Part shown: piece by piece, positions 53,698-62,375 of the stretch | Numbering within the stretch: position 1 is the stretch's first letter | How the letters are laid out: each line of letters begins with the position of its first letter | Program-made: the position numbers and the translations under genes | The notes under the pieces: generated by a model | Seen by the model: only the letters and a program-made list of their open reading frames with translations | Database searches by the model: none | What the model was told of the DNA's origin: nothing | Origin: Candidatus Latescibacterota bacterium | GTDB lineage: Bacteria; Latescibacterota; UBA2968 | Assembly (NCBI GenBank): GCA_965204745.1 | Contig: OZ242010.1 | Location: 132,007-196,006, forward strand | DNA: 64,000 nt | Direction of reading: 5' to 3'

Positions 53698-54630
53698 TCA
53701 CGCCTCCGCGTCCAATTCGCGCTGAAATTCACCCAGATCCGAGACTTGCACTGCCGAGCGATGCAACTGCTTGAGGCGTTGCAAATCTTCGATAGCTCGA
53801 ATGCAACCTGCGACCTGATCGGCCCCGGCAGGATCAAAGCGAATCTCCAGCACGTCGAGAATCGCGTCCATGGTATGTTCCCTACCCCCTCGCTCAATGC
53901 CCTGCTCAATGCCCTGCTCAATGCCCTGCTCAATAAACTGTTCCTTGAAGTGTTCCTTGAGGTATTGGGCAAACGATGATTCACGCATAATCGCGTCCAT
54001 AAAACCCTCCTGAGAAATGATACGCTTGATGGTGTTCGACTCATAAGCCAAGCCACTCATGACCGCCAAGCCACCCAAAAAGTTGATCTTGCTTGAATGA
54101 TCCAAGGGCATCGCATCGGTCTTGCGGATACACTGACGCAACCATGCCTCTGAATCCACCCCCACAGGAGGTTTCATCAACGGCGCGAAAGGAAGCAAGC
54201 CCGCCTGACCCCCTTCAAGAATGCTTTGCCCATCCACCTCACTCAGCCGAATCACCTTGTATTCCACAAAGATGAAATGGCCGGGAAGTTCTTGCGTGTA
54301 GCATCCTGGATCGTGCCGCCCGGCATTGCGCCGCAAGTAGATCACACAGGAATAGACCGGCAGGCCATACTGCGCGATAATGTAACCCATGTAATTGATC
54401 ATGCGGCGATTCATCGGGGTGCCCGTGCTGTCGGTGGTTTGAAATTCCGTGTGAACCAAGGCCTCCTGACCGTCAAGGCGCACGCGAATCAGATTATCGC
54501 TTCGACGCAGGTGGGTTGTTCGGTTTCGAGCAGACCGTCAACTTCCACATCAACTCGTCCGAGGATGAATTGGACGAGGTCGGCTGGATAGTTTTGAATC
54601 AGGTTTGGAAATTGTATCGTACTCGGCCAT
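53698..54630 (-). pseudogene. Rpn/YhgA-like PD-(D/E)XK gene, copy 2, disrupted by at least two frameshifting deletions near the 5' end
   Basis: ~90% nt identity to 24397-25374. A ~7-nt deletion at ~54505 and a 2-nt deletion at ~54606 relative to copy 1 split the N-terminus (MAEYDTISK) into ORF 54550-54756, out of frame with the body ORF 53698-54483. Confidence 0.65.
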
Positions 54631-54703
54631 GTGAATTCTCCTAAATAAAGTCACTTCAGGGCATCTGAAGTAACGGGTCAATGCCACTGGTTGGACGAAT
54701 AAA

Positions 54704-55606
54704 TCACTTCCCCAAGACCGCGTTGACGACGCCATGGTTTTCTTTGAGCAATGCACGGGCCGTTTCTATGGAGACGGCCCGTTTTGTCATGACGAGGGCG
54801 GTTTTGAGGTCGCCCTGTGCGAGGGCGAGGGCGCGGCGACTTTCTTCTGGCGTTAAGTCCGCGACGAGGCCCAAAATGCGTTGGGCGCGGTCCGCGAGTT
54901 TGTCGCAGGTGGGTGCGAGATCGACCATCAGGTTTTCATAGACCTTGCCCATGCGGATCATCGCGGTCGTGGTGATCATGTTGAGGACGAGTTTGGTCGC
55001 TGTGCCCGCTTTCATGCGCGTGGATCCGGCGATGACTTCCGGGCCGACGACCGGGGCGATAACGACATTTGCACACACCTCTCGATTGGGATTGCAAGTG
55101 AAAAACACGGTCTTCGCGCCGATGCGATAGGCGTAGTCGAGCGCGCCGAGCACAAAGGGCGTAACCCCACTCGCGGCAATGCCCATCACGACATCATCAG
55201 CGGAACAGGCGCGGGCTTCAAGGGCGGCTCGTCCGGCTTCGGGCTGGTCTTCCGCGCCTTCTTGGGATCGGGTCAACGCGGGTGTGCCGCCTGCGATGAT
55301 GCCGTGTACCAGGTCGGGTTGTACCCCATAAGTCGGCGGGCATTCAGCCGCGTCGAGCACGCCGAGGCGCCCGCTTGTGCCCGCGCCCACGTAAAAGAGC
55401 CGCCCGCCCTTTTGAAATGCTTTGACCACGAGATCCACGGCTTTGGCTATGTCGCCTATCGCGCCTTCAACCGCATGGGCGACTTTTTGGTCTTCGGCAT
55501 TGATGATCCGAAGTGCATCCGCAGTCGAACACCGGTCGATGTAGGTGCTGTTGGGATTGCGCTGCTCCGTGAGCAACCCCGCCCATTTTGAGATTGGATT
55601 ATTCAT
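54704..55606 (-). CDS. murQ: N-acetylmuramic acid 6-phosphate etherase (MurQ), SIS domain
   Basis: LLTEQRNPNSTYID...GGRLFYVGAGTSGRLGVLDAAECPPTYGV and the C-terminal MurQ signature ...ALV.TK. An alternative TTG start is at 55615. Confidence 0.85.
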   Translation of the reverse strand: MNNPISKWAGLLTEQRNPNSTYIDRCSTADALRIINAEDQKVAHAVEGAIGDIAKAVDLVVKAFQKGGRLFYVGAGTSGRLGVLDAAECPPTYGVQPDLVHGIIAGGTPALTRSQEGAEDQPEAGRAALEARACSADDVVMGIAASGVTPFVLGALDYAYRIGAKTVFFTCNPNREVCANVVIAPVVGPEVIAGSTRMKAGTATKLVLNMITTTAMIRMGKVYENLMVDLAPTCDKLADRAQRILGLVADLTPEESRRALALAQGDLKTALVMTKRAVSIETARALLKENHGVVNAVLGK

Positions 55607-55609
55607 GAA

Positions 55610-56078
55610 ATGCAACCACAGATAAACGCGGAGAGAAAGTTGAAGTATCCACTTTTTTTATCCATCAGAAGGAATCACAATTTTGGCGATTGTGAGCCAA
55701 TAACCAATGTGTTGCTTGCTCATTTAAGGCGTTTGGTCCTACAGCCTCGTTGGTTGCCTCCGATGCCTTCGGCGACCTACTTTTTTTCAACAGCAAAAAA
55801 AGTAGGCGAGCGGGGTACAACTGCCCCAGCAGTTCAAAAATGCCGCTCTCAAACGCCGAGGGGCTTGCACAGCGCAAAGCGCTTTTGTAACAGAACGATA
55901 TGCGCCAGCCTGCAAAGTGGGTTGCATAATGGACGTTGGTTGCCAATGGACTTGCGCGCTGTGCGTGATGGCTTGATCGGAGGAGTTTTGCGAGGGCACT
56001 TGTTGGGATGCCTTCTTTGAACTGCGGAACGTCAGGGCTTGATTTTCTCGATAAACCGCTCAAGCCCTACGGGTGATG
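55610..56078 (-). repeat. ~430-bp interspersed element, copy B (inverted relative to copy A at 10690-11092), carrying a nested 35-bp mini-element insertion
   Basis: The reverse complement aligns to copy A. The insertion 'gaactgctggggcagttgtaccccgctcgcc' interrupts the 13-bp hairpin region. Confidence 0.75.
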
Positions 56079-56094
56079 GGCACGCCCTGCTTTT

Positions 56095-58830
56095 TCATTT
56101 TTCTCCATTCATGCGCCGAAGGGTTTGGCGCAGGGCGTCGATGCTGTGTCCGTAGTCGGAGAACGCGCCTGCGCGCAAGTGTTTTTGGGCCGTTTCAAAT
56201 TGGCGATAGGCTTGGCGGGCGAGGGCCTCGAGGTCTTCGGGCAACTGTGCATCGGACGGTGGGGCGTCTGAGTTGGCGAAAACCCGGTCGAGCGCGTCGT
56301 CGAGGTCTTCGCCCATTGCCAAGCGATCCCCGTGAATCGCGAGCACGCGCTTGAGTTCGGGCATGCCGTGTTGGGACGCGCGCAAATAGAGCGGTTCGAC
56401 GTAGATGAACGAATTGCGGATGGGAATGACCAGCAAATTGCCGCGGATCACATCCGAGCCGCGCTGGTCCCAAAGGGTGATCTCGCGGGAAATATCCGTG
56501 TCTTGGTTGATGCGTTGTTCGATGAGCATCGGCCCGTAGATGAGTTTTTCCTTGGGCAATTTATAGACCACGAGTTGACCGTAATTCTCCCCGTCGCAGC
56601 GCGCGAAAATCCAGCCGATCATGTTGGGCTTGTTCGACGGCGTGGCCGGCAACATGAGGATGTATTCCTCGCGCTCCTCACCGGGCAAGCGCGCCATCAC
56701 GTAATACGGGCGCATGCGAATGGGGCGGTCCATCGTGCCGTAGTATTCCGTGGGGATTTCCCAAACGTCTTCGCGGTTGTAGAACACGATAGGCGTGGTC
56801 ATGTGATACGTGTTGTAGAGCGACGCCTGAATGTCGAACAGGTCGAGGGGATAGCGCAGGTGGGCGCGCAGGGACGGACGGATTTCATCCGCGGATTTGA
56901 ACAGGTCCGGGAAAATCGCCATGTACGTCTCGAGCAACGGGTCGGTCGGATCCCAGGCGTAAAAGGTGACGCTACCATGGTACGCGTCCAACACCACTTT
57001 GACCGAATTGCGGATGTAATTCATCTCCCGCACGTAAGGCCGGCCATAAGGCATGGAATAGGGGAACATGTTGGAGACCGTATAGGCGTCCTGAATCCAC
57101 ACCAAGCGTTGGTCGACTAAGGCGAGATAGGGGTCGCTGTCAAAGTGGAGAAACGGGGCGATTTTGTCAAAGCGGCGCGGCGCGGTTTCGCCAAAGCGCG
57201 TGCCGATGTGCCGGTCGAAGATGATGCGGCTCTGCGCCGTAATCGCGTCGGTAAAGAGGATGAAGGGATCCGCAAAGCGCAGGGCAAAGCCGAGGCGCGT
57301 CAAAAACCCGCCCATGGGCACGCCGCCGCGCCCTTTGTACGTGGTGTAAATATTTTCGTCGCCTTTGGGATAGTCGAACTCCGGGGTGTTGGTCTGCACG
57401 ATGACGTAGTCGCGCATGTCCTCCCCGTAGTAGAGTTCCGGGCGGGCGACGACGAGGCCGGGCGACGTGGCGGGCGGGATGTCCTTGAGCAGAAACCCGG
57501 GCAGGCCCTCGGCCGCGATCTCATTGGCCGGGCTCATCACCAGCCCGTACCCGTGCGTGTACACGAGGTGGCGATTGACCCACGTATCCCCGGGCAAATC
57601 GCGCGGGTTTCGGGCGAGTTCGCGTGCGGCCAGCATGACCTGCCGATACGCCCCGTCAATGCGATACCGGTCCACATCCACACTGCGGAATTTGTAGTAG
57701 GAGCGGATCTCCTGAATCTGCGAGTACGTGTCCATCAAGGGCCGGCGATCCCACAGGGGAATGCTTTGGATGGTGGCCTGATTGGTTTCGATATCGCTCG
57801 CCGTGAGGTCCGATTCCCCGGGAAAGGGCACTTCCTCGATTTTGTCCAGCGCGTACGCCGTGCGCGTGTAGTCGATGGCGTGTCGGATATACGGGGCTTC
57901 GCGGTCAAATTCATTGGCTCGCACGACCACGAGTTCAAACGCCATGGGGACGAACCAACTCAGAACGACGAGCGCGCCGAGGTAGGCCGCCGCGCCAAAC
58001 CCGGGGATTTTCCAAGTGCGGACGCGCGCGTTGTAGGCGAGCGACAAGGCGAGTGCGACAAGGCCGACGAGCATGGCGCGATAGGCCAGTATTTGAATGT
58101 TGAGGTCCGTATAGCCCGCGCCGAAAAAGGCTTCTTTGCGAGAGGAATAGAGCAGTTCGTATTCCTTCAGCCAATAGCCCCACGCGAGCAACAAGGCGAT
58201 TCCCGCAGCGAGAATCGAGACATGGGCGCGCACATGCGGGATCGTGATCCAGCGTTTGTCGTCATACCGAATCGCGCGGTCTCGGTGATAGGATACCACA
58301 GTGGCAATGCCCGTGACGATCAAGGCGGCGATGAGCCAGCCCTGCAAAAAATTGTACAGGGGCAGGCGGAACGCGTAAAACGCGATGTCCCGCCCAAAGA
58401 TGGGATCCGCCAAGCCAAAGCTGGAGGGATGCGCGTATTTGAGGACGACGATCCAGGACGAGGTGCCCGCAACGCCCATAAAAAAGGACAACAGCGCGAT
58501 AATGCCGATCCACGCATATTGTTGCCTGCGGGCGTGATCCGGAGGCATGGCAACATCGCCATCGATGACGACCTGTAGCGCCATGATGCGCGTGGGCTGT
58601 CCGTAATACCGCGCTGCAAAAATACTCACGCCGCAGATCAGGGCAAACGCGCTGCCAAATGCGAACAAGACGAGGGTCTTGGTGCGGATGATCGTGACAA
58701 AGGTATCGCGGAACCCGAGTTCTGAAAACCAGAGGTAATCGGTTGAAACCACCGCGACCAGCCTGAGCACGACAAAAACAGCGAGCACGGCAAAACAAGA
58801 GATGAGGAGGATGAAGGCGCGTTTTGACAT
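56095..58830 (-). CDS. UPF0182-family large membrane protein (911 aa)
   Basis: N-terminal multi-TM region (MSKRAFILLISCFAVLAVFVVLRL...), then a large soluble region of the length and pattern typical of UPF0182. Confidence 0.7.
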   Translation of the reverse strand: MSKRAFILLISCFAVLAVFVVLRLVAVVSTDYLWFSELGFRDTFVTIIRTKTLVLFAFGSAFALICGVSIFAARYYGQPTRIMALQVVIDGDVAMPPDHARRQQYAWIGIIALLSFFMGVAGTSSWIVVLKYAHPSSFGLADPIFGRDIAFYAFRLPLYNFLQGWLIAALIVTGIATVVSYHRDRAIRYDDKRWITIPHVRAHVSILAAGIALLLAWGYWLKEYELLYSSRKEAFFGAGYTDLNIQILAYRAMLVGLVALALSLAYNARVRTWKIPGFGAAAYLGALVVLSWFVPMAFELVVVRANEFDREAPYIRHAIDYTRTAYALDKIEEVPFPGESDLTASDIETNQATIQSIPLWDRRPLMDTYSQIQEIRSYYKFRSVDVDRYRIDGAYRQVMLAARELARNPRDLPGDTWVNRHLVYTHGYGLVMSPANEIAAEGLPGFLLKDIPPATSPGLVVARPELYYGEDMRDYVIVQTNTPEFDYPKGDENIYTTYKGRGGVPMGGFLTRLGFALRFADPFILFTDAITAQSRIIFDRHIGTRFGETAPRRFDKIAPFLHFDSDPYLALVDQRLVWIQDAYTVSNMFPYSMPYGRPYVREMNYIRNSVKVVLDAYHGSVTFYAWDPTDPLLETYMAIFPDLFKSADEIRPSLRAHLRYPLDLFDIQASLYNTYHMTTPIVFYNREDVWEIPTEYYGTMDRPIRMRPYYVMARLPGEEREEYILMLPATPSNKPNMIGWIFARCDGENYGQLVVYKLPKEKLIYGPMLIEQRINQDTDISREITLWDQRGSDVIRGNLLVIPIRNSFIYVEPLYLRASQHGMPELKRVLAIHGDRLAMGEDLDDALDRVFANSDAPPSDAQLPEDLEALARQAYRQFETAQKHLRAGAFSDYGHSIDALRQTLRRMNGEK

Positions 58831-58859
58831 GGGGATTTCCAGAGAAAAGCAACCACAGA

Positions 58860-59175
58860 TGAACTTTGCGCGAGGGGACCTATCCCCCGGCCCCTTTCCT
58901 AAAAGGAAAGGAGAGTAAAATTCCTTTGATGGCTTCTAGCTACGGTTGCTCTGATGGCGTGGCGCGAGGGGACCTATCCCCCGGCCCCTTTCCTACGAGG
59001 AAAGGGGAGTAAAGTGCCTTTGATGGCTTATCAATGGCTACTCTGGTGGCGTTGCGCGAGGGCATAAAGCGATTAAAAAACCGCTCGCCATTCCCCCCTT
59101 CCTCACAGGCACAGGCGTAGCCTACAACGAAGCGTAGCGAGTAACGGGGCCAGGGGGGTAGGTCCCGATAGGAAG
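58860..59175. repeat. Two tandem ~75-bp REP-like units (gcgcgaggggacctatcccccggcccctttcct...gaggaaagg) plus the 'gtaggctacgcctgtgcc' hairpin module
   Basis: Read directly. Related to 51520-51600 in opposite orientation. Confidence 0.7.
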
Positions 59176-59370
59176 TAGGTCTAAAGTACAAGAAACAAAT
59201 GGGTTGAACAACATTTTTGTCTGCGCGACTTCCGCAGCGACGTACGCATGTTGCTCGTTGCCCAATTTTTTCTTGCCGTGTGTAATGATACCGCCTAAAT
59301 TGATGCGTTGTTCGTCGGGTAGTTGAGAGATCGCATCGCTTGTACGCAAAAAATGAAGTGAGACGAGAAC

Positions 59371-60735
59371 ATGGACACCATCCAACCATTGCAGACGCCG
59401 CGCACCAAACCGCCTGTGGCGCATAAGGACCTCGCGCATCGCGCATTGCGCCGAGACGAATTTTGGCGGCGCGTGCCCGGGTTTAAGCACATCGATGCGC
59501 GCACCTTTCACTCGCATGAGTTTCAGGCGCGGCATTCGATCACCAATGTGGGCAAGTTGCAGGCGGCTATTGGCGAACTCGCGTCTGACGCTTTTTACCG
59601 AGAGGTCGCGGCGGGCTTGCAACACGCGCCGATGAGCGTGCGAATTTCGCCGTACATCTTGAGCTTGATCAACTGGGACGATCCGTATGGCGATCCGCTT
59701 CGCAAACAGTTTTTGTCTCTGCGCGGCGAGCAACGCCCCGATCACCCGGAATTGCTCCTCGATTCGCTCAATGAATTGGGAGACGCGCCCGTCGCGGGCT
59801 TGACGCATCGCTATCCGGATCGCGTGTTATTTCTCGTGTTGGACACCTGCCCGGTGTATTGCCGGTTTTGCACGCGAAGCTATGCGGTGGGGTTGGATAC
59901 AGAGGATGTCGAAAAGGTGAAGTTGCGGGTCAATCGGGCGCGGTGGGACGACGCGATAGGGTATATTCAATCGCGCATCGAGGTCGAAGATGTGGTGGTC
60001 AGCGGGGGTGACGTGTATCAACTCAAAGCCGATCAGTTGGCGGAATTGGGCAACCGCCTGTTGGATATCGACCACATTCGCCGGTTTCGGTTTGCCACAA
60101 AAGGCCCGGCCGTGATGCCGCAAAAACTCGTCACCGATGACGCCTGGGTCGATGCCCTAACCCGCGTGGTGGATCGCGGGCGCGCCATGCACAAAGACGT
60201 GGTTTTGCACACGCATTTCAATCACCCCGCGGAAATCACGGGCATCACGCAAGATGGGCTCAATCGGTTGCTGTCGCGCGGGATCACGATCCGCAACCAA
60301 GCCGTGTTGCAACGCGGCGTGAATGACGACACAGAGACCATGACGCTCTTGGTCAAGCGGCTGAGTTATCTCAACGTGCAACCCTATTACGTGTTTTTTC
60401 ACGATCTCGTAAGCGGGGTCGAGGATTTACGCACCACCCTCGGCGATGGCCTCGCCCTTGAAAAAGCCATCCGCGGCGTCACGTCCGGGTTTAACATGCC
60501 CACGTTCATCGTAGATACCCTAGGCGGCGGCGGGAAGCGAGACGCGCATTCCTACGAGTATTACAACCGGGAAACCGGGATCGCCGTTTATATCAGTCCC
60601 GTAGTCAAGCCCGACGCATTCTTTTTGTATTTTGATCCGCTTTGGCGATTGAGCGCAGACGTGCAAGCGCGATGGCAGGATGAGGCGGAGCGAGAGAAGA
60701 TGAAGGCAGAAGCGATAAAAGCGGCGGGAAGGTGA
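59371..60735 (+). CDS. KamA-family radical SAM aminomutase (lysine 2,3-aminomutase-like)
   Basis: GLTHRYPDRVLFLVLDTCPVYCRFCTRS (CxxxCxxC cluster motif of the KamA family). Its length of 454 aa fits full-length KamA rather than EpmB. Confidence 0.8.
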   Translation: MDTIQPLQTPRTKPPVAHKDLAHRALRRDEFWRRVPGFKHIDARTFHSHEFQARHSITNVGKLQAAIGELASDAFYREVAAGLQHAPMSVRISPYILSLINWDDPYGDPLRKQFLSLRGEQRPDHPELLLDSLNELGDAPVAGLTHRYPDRVLFLVLDTCPVYCRFCTRSYAVGLDTEDVEKVKLRVNRARWDDAIGYIQSRIEVEDVVVSGGDVYQLKADQLAELGNRLLDIDHIRRFRFATKGPAVMPQKLVTDDAWVDALTRVVDRGRAMHKDVVLHTHFNHPAEITGITQDGLNRLLSRGITIRNQAVLQRGVNDDTETMTLLVKRLSYLNVQPYYVFFHDLVSGVEDLRTTLGDGLALEKAIRGVTSGFNMPTFIVDTLGGGGKRDAHSYEYYNRETGIAVYISPVVKPDAFFLYFDPLWRLSADVQARWQDEAEREKMKAEAIKAAGR

Positions 60736-60858
60736 GAGGCAAAAGGCGTGAGAGGTAAGAGGTAAGACGTAAGACGTAAGACGTAAGACGTAAGACGTAA
60801 GACGTAAGACGTAAGACGTAAGACGTAAGACGTAAGACGTAAGACGTAAGACGTGAGA
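60727..60858. repeat. Heptamer tandem array: (GTAAGAC) x~13 preceded by GTGAGAG/GTAAGAG variants
   Basis: Read directly: gtaagacgtaagacgtaagacg... Confidence 0.9.
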
Positions 60859-60923
60859 CGGTCACCGCGCTGTCTCTCTCGAGTTGTCAGTTGTCAGTCC
60901 GCCCTCAACACAGGAGAAATGTC

Positions 60924-61508
60924 ATGGAAATCACCGTTACAGATGTCGCGCAAACGGAAATTGCCCGCTTGATGCACGAGCAAGAGCAGGTGATTACGGG
61001 CGTGCGGATCGCCGCCGAGGCCACATCGCCCTTGCAGGCCAATTACCGCCTCGCCTTTGTCGCCGAAGGGCAGGATACGGACCGCGACACCGCGGTTCCA
61101 TTCGATGGGTTCAACATTTACATCGACGAAGACAGCGTGCCTTATGCCCAAGACATCACGCTCGATTTTGTCGATGGCCTGATGGGGCGCGGCTTCAAAA
61201 TTGACAACCCGCACAAAGTGCCGCCGCACCTCAAGGGTAGCGTGGCTGAAAAAATCCAACTGGTCATCGACGAAAAAATCAACCCGAGCATCGCCGCACA
61301 TGGCGGGCATGTGGCATTGGTCGATGTGAAGGAAGACACGGCCTTTCTGCAATTTGGCGGCGGATGCCAGGGTTGCGGGATGGTCGACGTCACCCTCAAA
61401 CAAGGCGTGGAAGTCATGATCAAAGAAGCCGTGCCCGAAATCGCGAGCGTCCGCGACATCACGGACCACGCCGAAGGCACAAACCCGTATTACCAGACGA
61501 CGCAATAA
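60924..61508 (+). CDS. nfuA: Fe-S cluster biogenesis protein NfuA-like (HesB/IscA-like N-domain plus Nfu C-domain)
   Basis: The start is at MEITVTDVAQTEIARLM. The Nfu motif is FLQFGGGCQGCGMVDVTLKQGVE. Confidence 0.8.
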   Translation: MEITVTDVAQTEIARLMHEQEQVITGVRIAAEATSPLQANYRLAFVAEGQDTDRDTAVPFDGFNIYIDEDSVPYAQDITLDFVDGLMGRGFKIDNPHKVPPHLKGSVAEKIQLVIDEKINPSIAAHGGHVALVDVKEDTAFLQFGGGCQGCGMVDVTLKQGVEVMIKEAVPEIASVRDITDHAEGTNPYYQTTQ

Positions 61509-61535
61509 CAGCCGAATGATTGCCCCTACGCACAA

Positions 61536-61575
61536 GCACCCGATTCTCGCCTGCGGAATCGGGTGCTCTGTTATT
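61536..61575 (+). terminator. Rho-independent terminator after nfuA
   Basis: Perfect 11-bp stem gcacccgattc / gaatcgggtgc with a 9-nt loop, followed by tctgttatt. Confidence 0.75.
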
Positions 61576-61651
61576 AGACCCCGTCTTAATTTTCCTCCAT
61601 TATATTTTTTCGCAGTTGTGTATATTTTGGGTTGGGATAGGAGAATAGGGC

Positions 61652-62026
61652 ATGAAAGTCACGAATTACTTCGTCACCGTGCTACTCGAAAAACACCCTG
61701 AGACCCTGCGAAATTTACGGGCGATTATCGATGCCGTAGATAGTGGAAAAATGGAAGGTTACGAAGTGGAATCTTCGGGGCGCATTCGCCGATGGGTGTA
61801 TATTCCCGATGCAAAAAAATATTTTCGACTCGTCTTTCTGCCCGATCAAAAAACCGTCTTGAATGCCTTTCCAGATGCCGATACAAAAGGAGTAAATGAT
61901 GAAAAAACCATTTATGTATTTCCCCGACTCGGACACGTTGGAAATCACGTTGGCCCATGGCCCGGTATCCAAAACCGAAAACGCAGGCATCGATGGGGAA
62001 CACGACAATATCCTCTTTTCTTATGA
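61652..62026 (+). CDS. Small hypothetical protein. Its 3' end is uncertain because it overlaps the next gene by ~130 nt, which may reflect a frameshift.
   Basis: The ORF begins MKVTNYFVTVLLEKHPETLRNL with a plausible 80-aa body. The tail after ...FPDADTK is low-complexity read-through. Confidence 0.3.
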   Translation: MKVTNYFVTVLLEKHPETLRNLRAIIDAVDSGKMEGYEVESSGRIRRWVYIPDAKKYFRLVFLPDQKTVLNAFPDADTKGVNDEKTIYVFPRLGHVGNHVGPWPGIQNRKRRHRWGTRQYPLFL

Positions 62027-62354
62027 CGATCAGGGTCGGATCGTATCCATTACAATTGACGCGGCGACTCAGGCTGTGAATTTGTCGGACATCACCCGGA
62101 ATAAAGAGAACGCGATTGCGGGACAGGCTTCAGAAATTTTCACGGTATCGAGTCTGGCAAAATTGTGGAATATCTCCCCGCGCACCATTCAAAAAACCGT
62201 CCGATCCATGTTGGAAGCGGGCATCGCGGTTGGCGTCCAAAACAGTGGGCATATTGTGTTGACAGAAGCAGACGCCCACAAAATTGACCAATGGCGAAAA
62301 AAACATCCTCGTGACCGTCCAAAACGGTCGCACGCGTCGGAAGAAAAAAAATAA
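61896..62354 (+). CDS. DUF2283-like N-domain fused to a C-terminal helix-turn-helix DNA-binding domain
   Basis: The SD 'aaaggag' lies 4 nt before ATGATG. MKKPFMYFPDSDTLEITLAHGP resembles DUF2283. The C-terminal FTVSSLAKLWNISPRTIQKTVRSMLEAG is HTH-like. Confidence 0.5.
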   Translation: MMKKPFMYFPDSDTLEITLAHGPVSKTENAGIDGEHDNILFSYDDQGRIVSITIDAATQAVNLSDITRNKENAIAGQASEIFTVSSLAKLWNISPRTIQKTVRSMLEAGIAVGVQNSGHIVLTEADAHKIDQWRKKHPRDRPKRSHASEEKK

Positions 62355-62375
62355 AAGGATGAGATATTCCCCGCT

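Noticed and set aside
56332-58578. 262-aa and 477-aa + strand ORFs
   Set aside because: They are antisense to the UPF0182 membrane protein gene and have no motifs.
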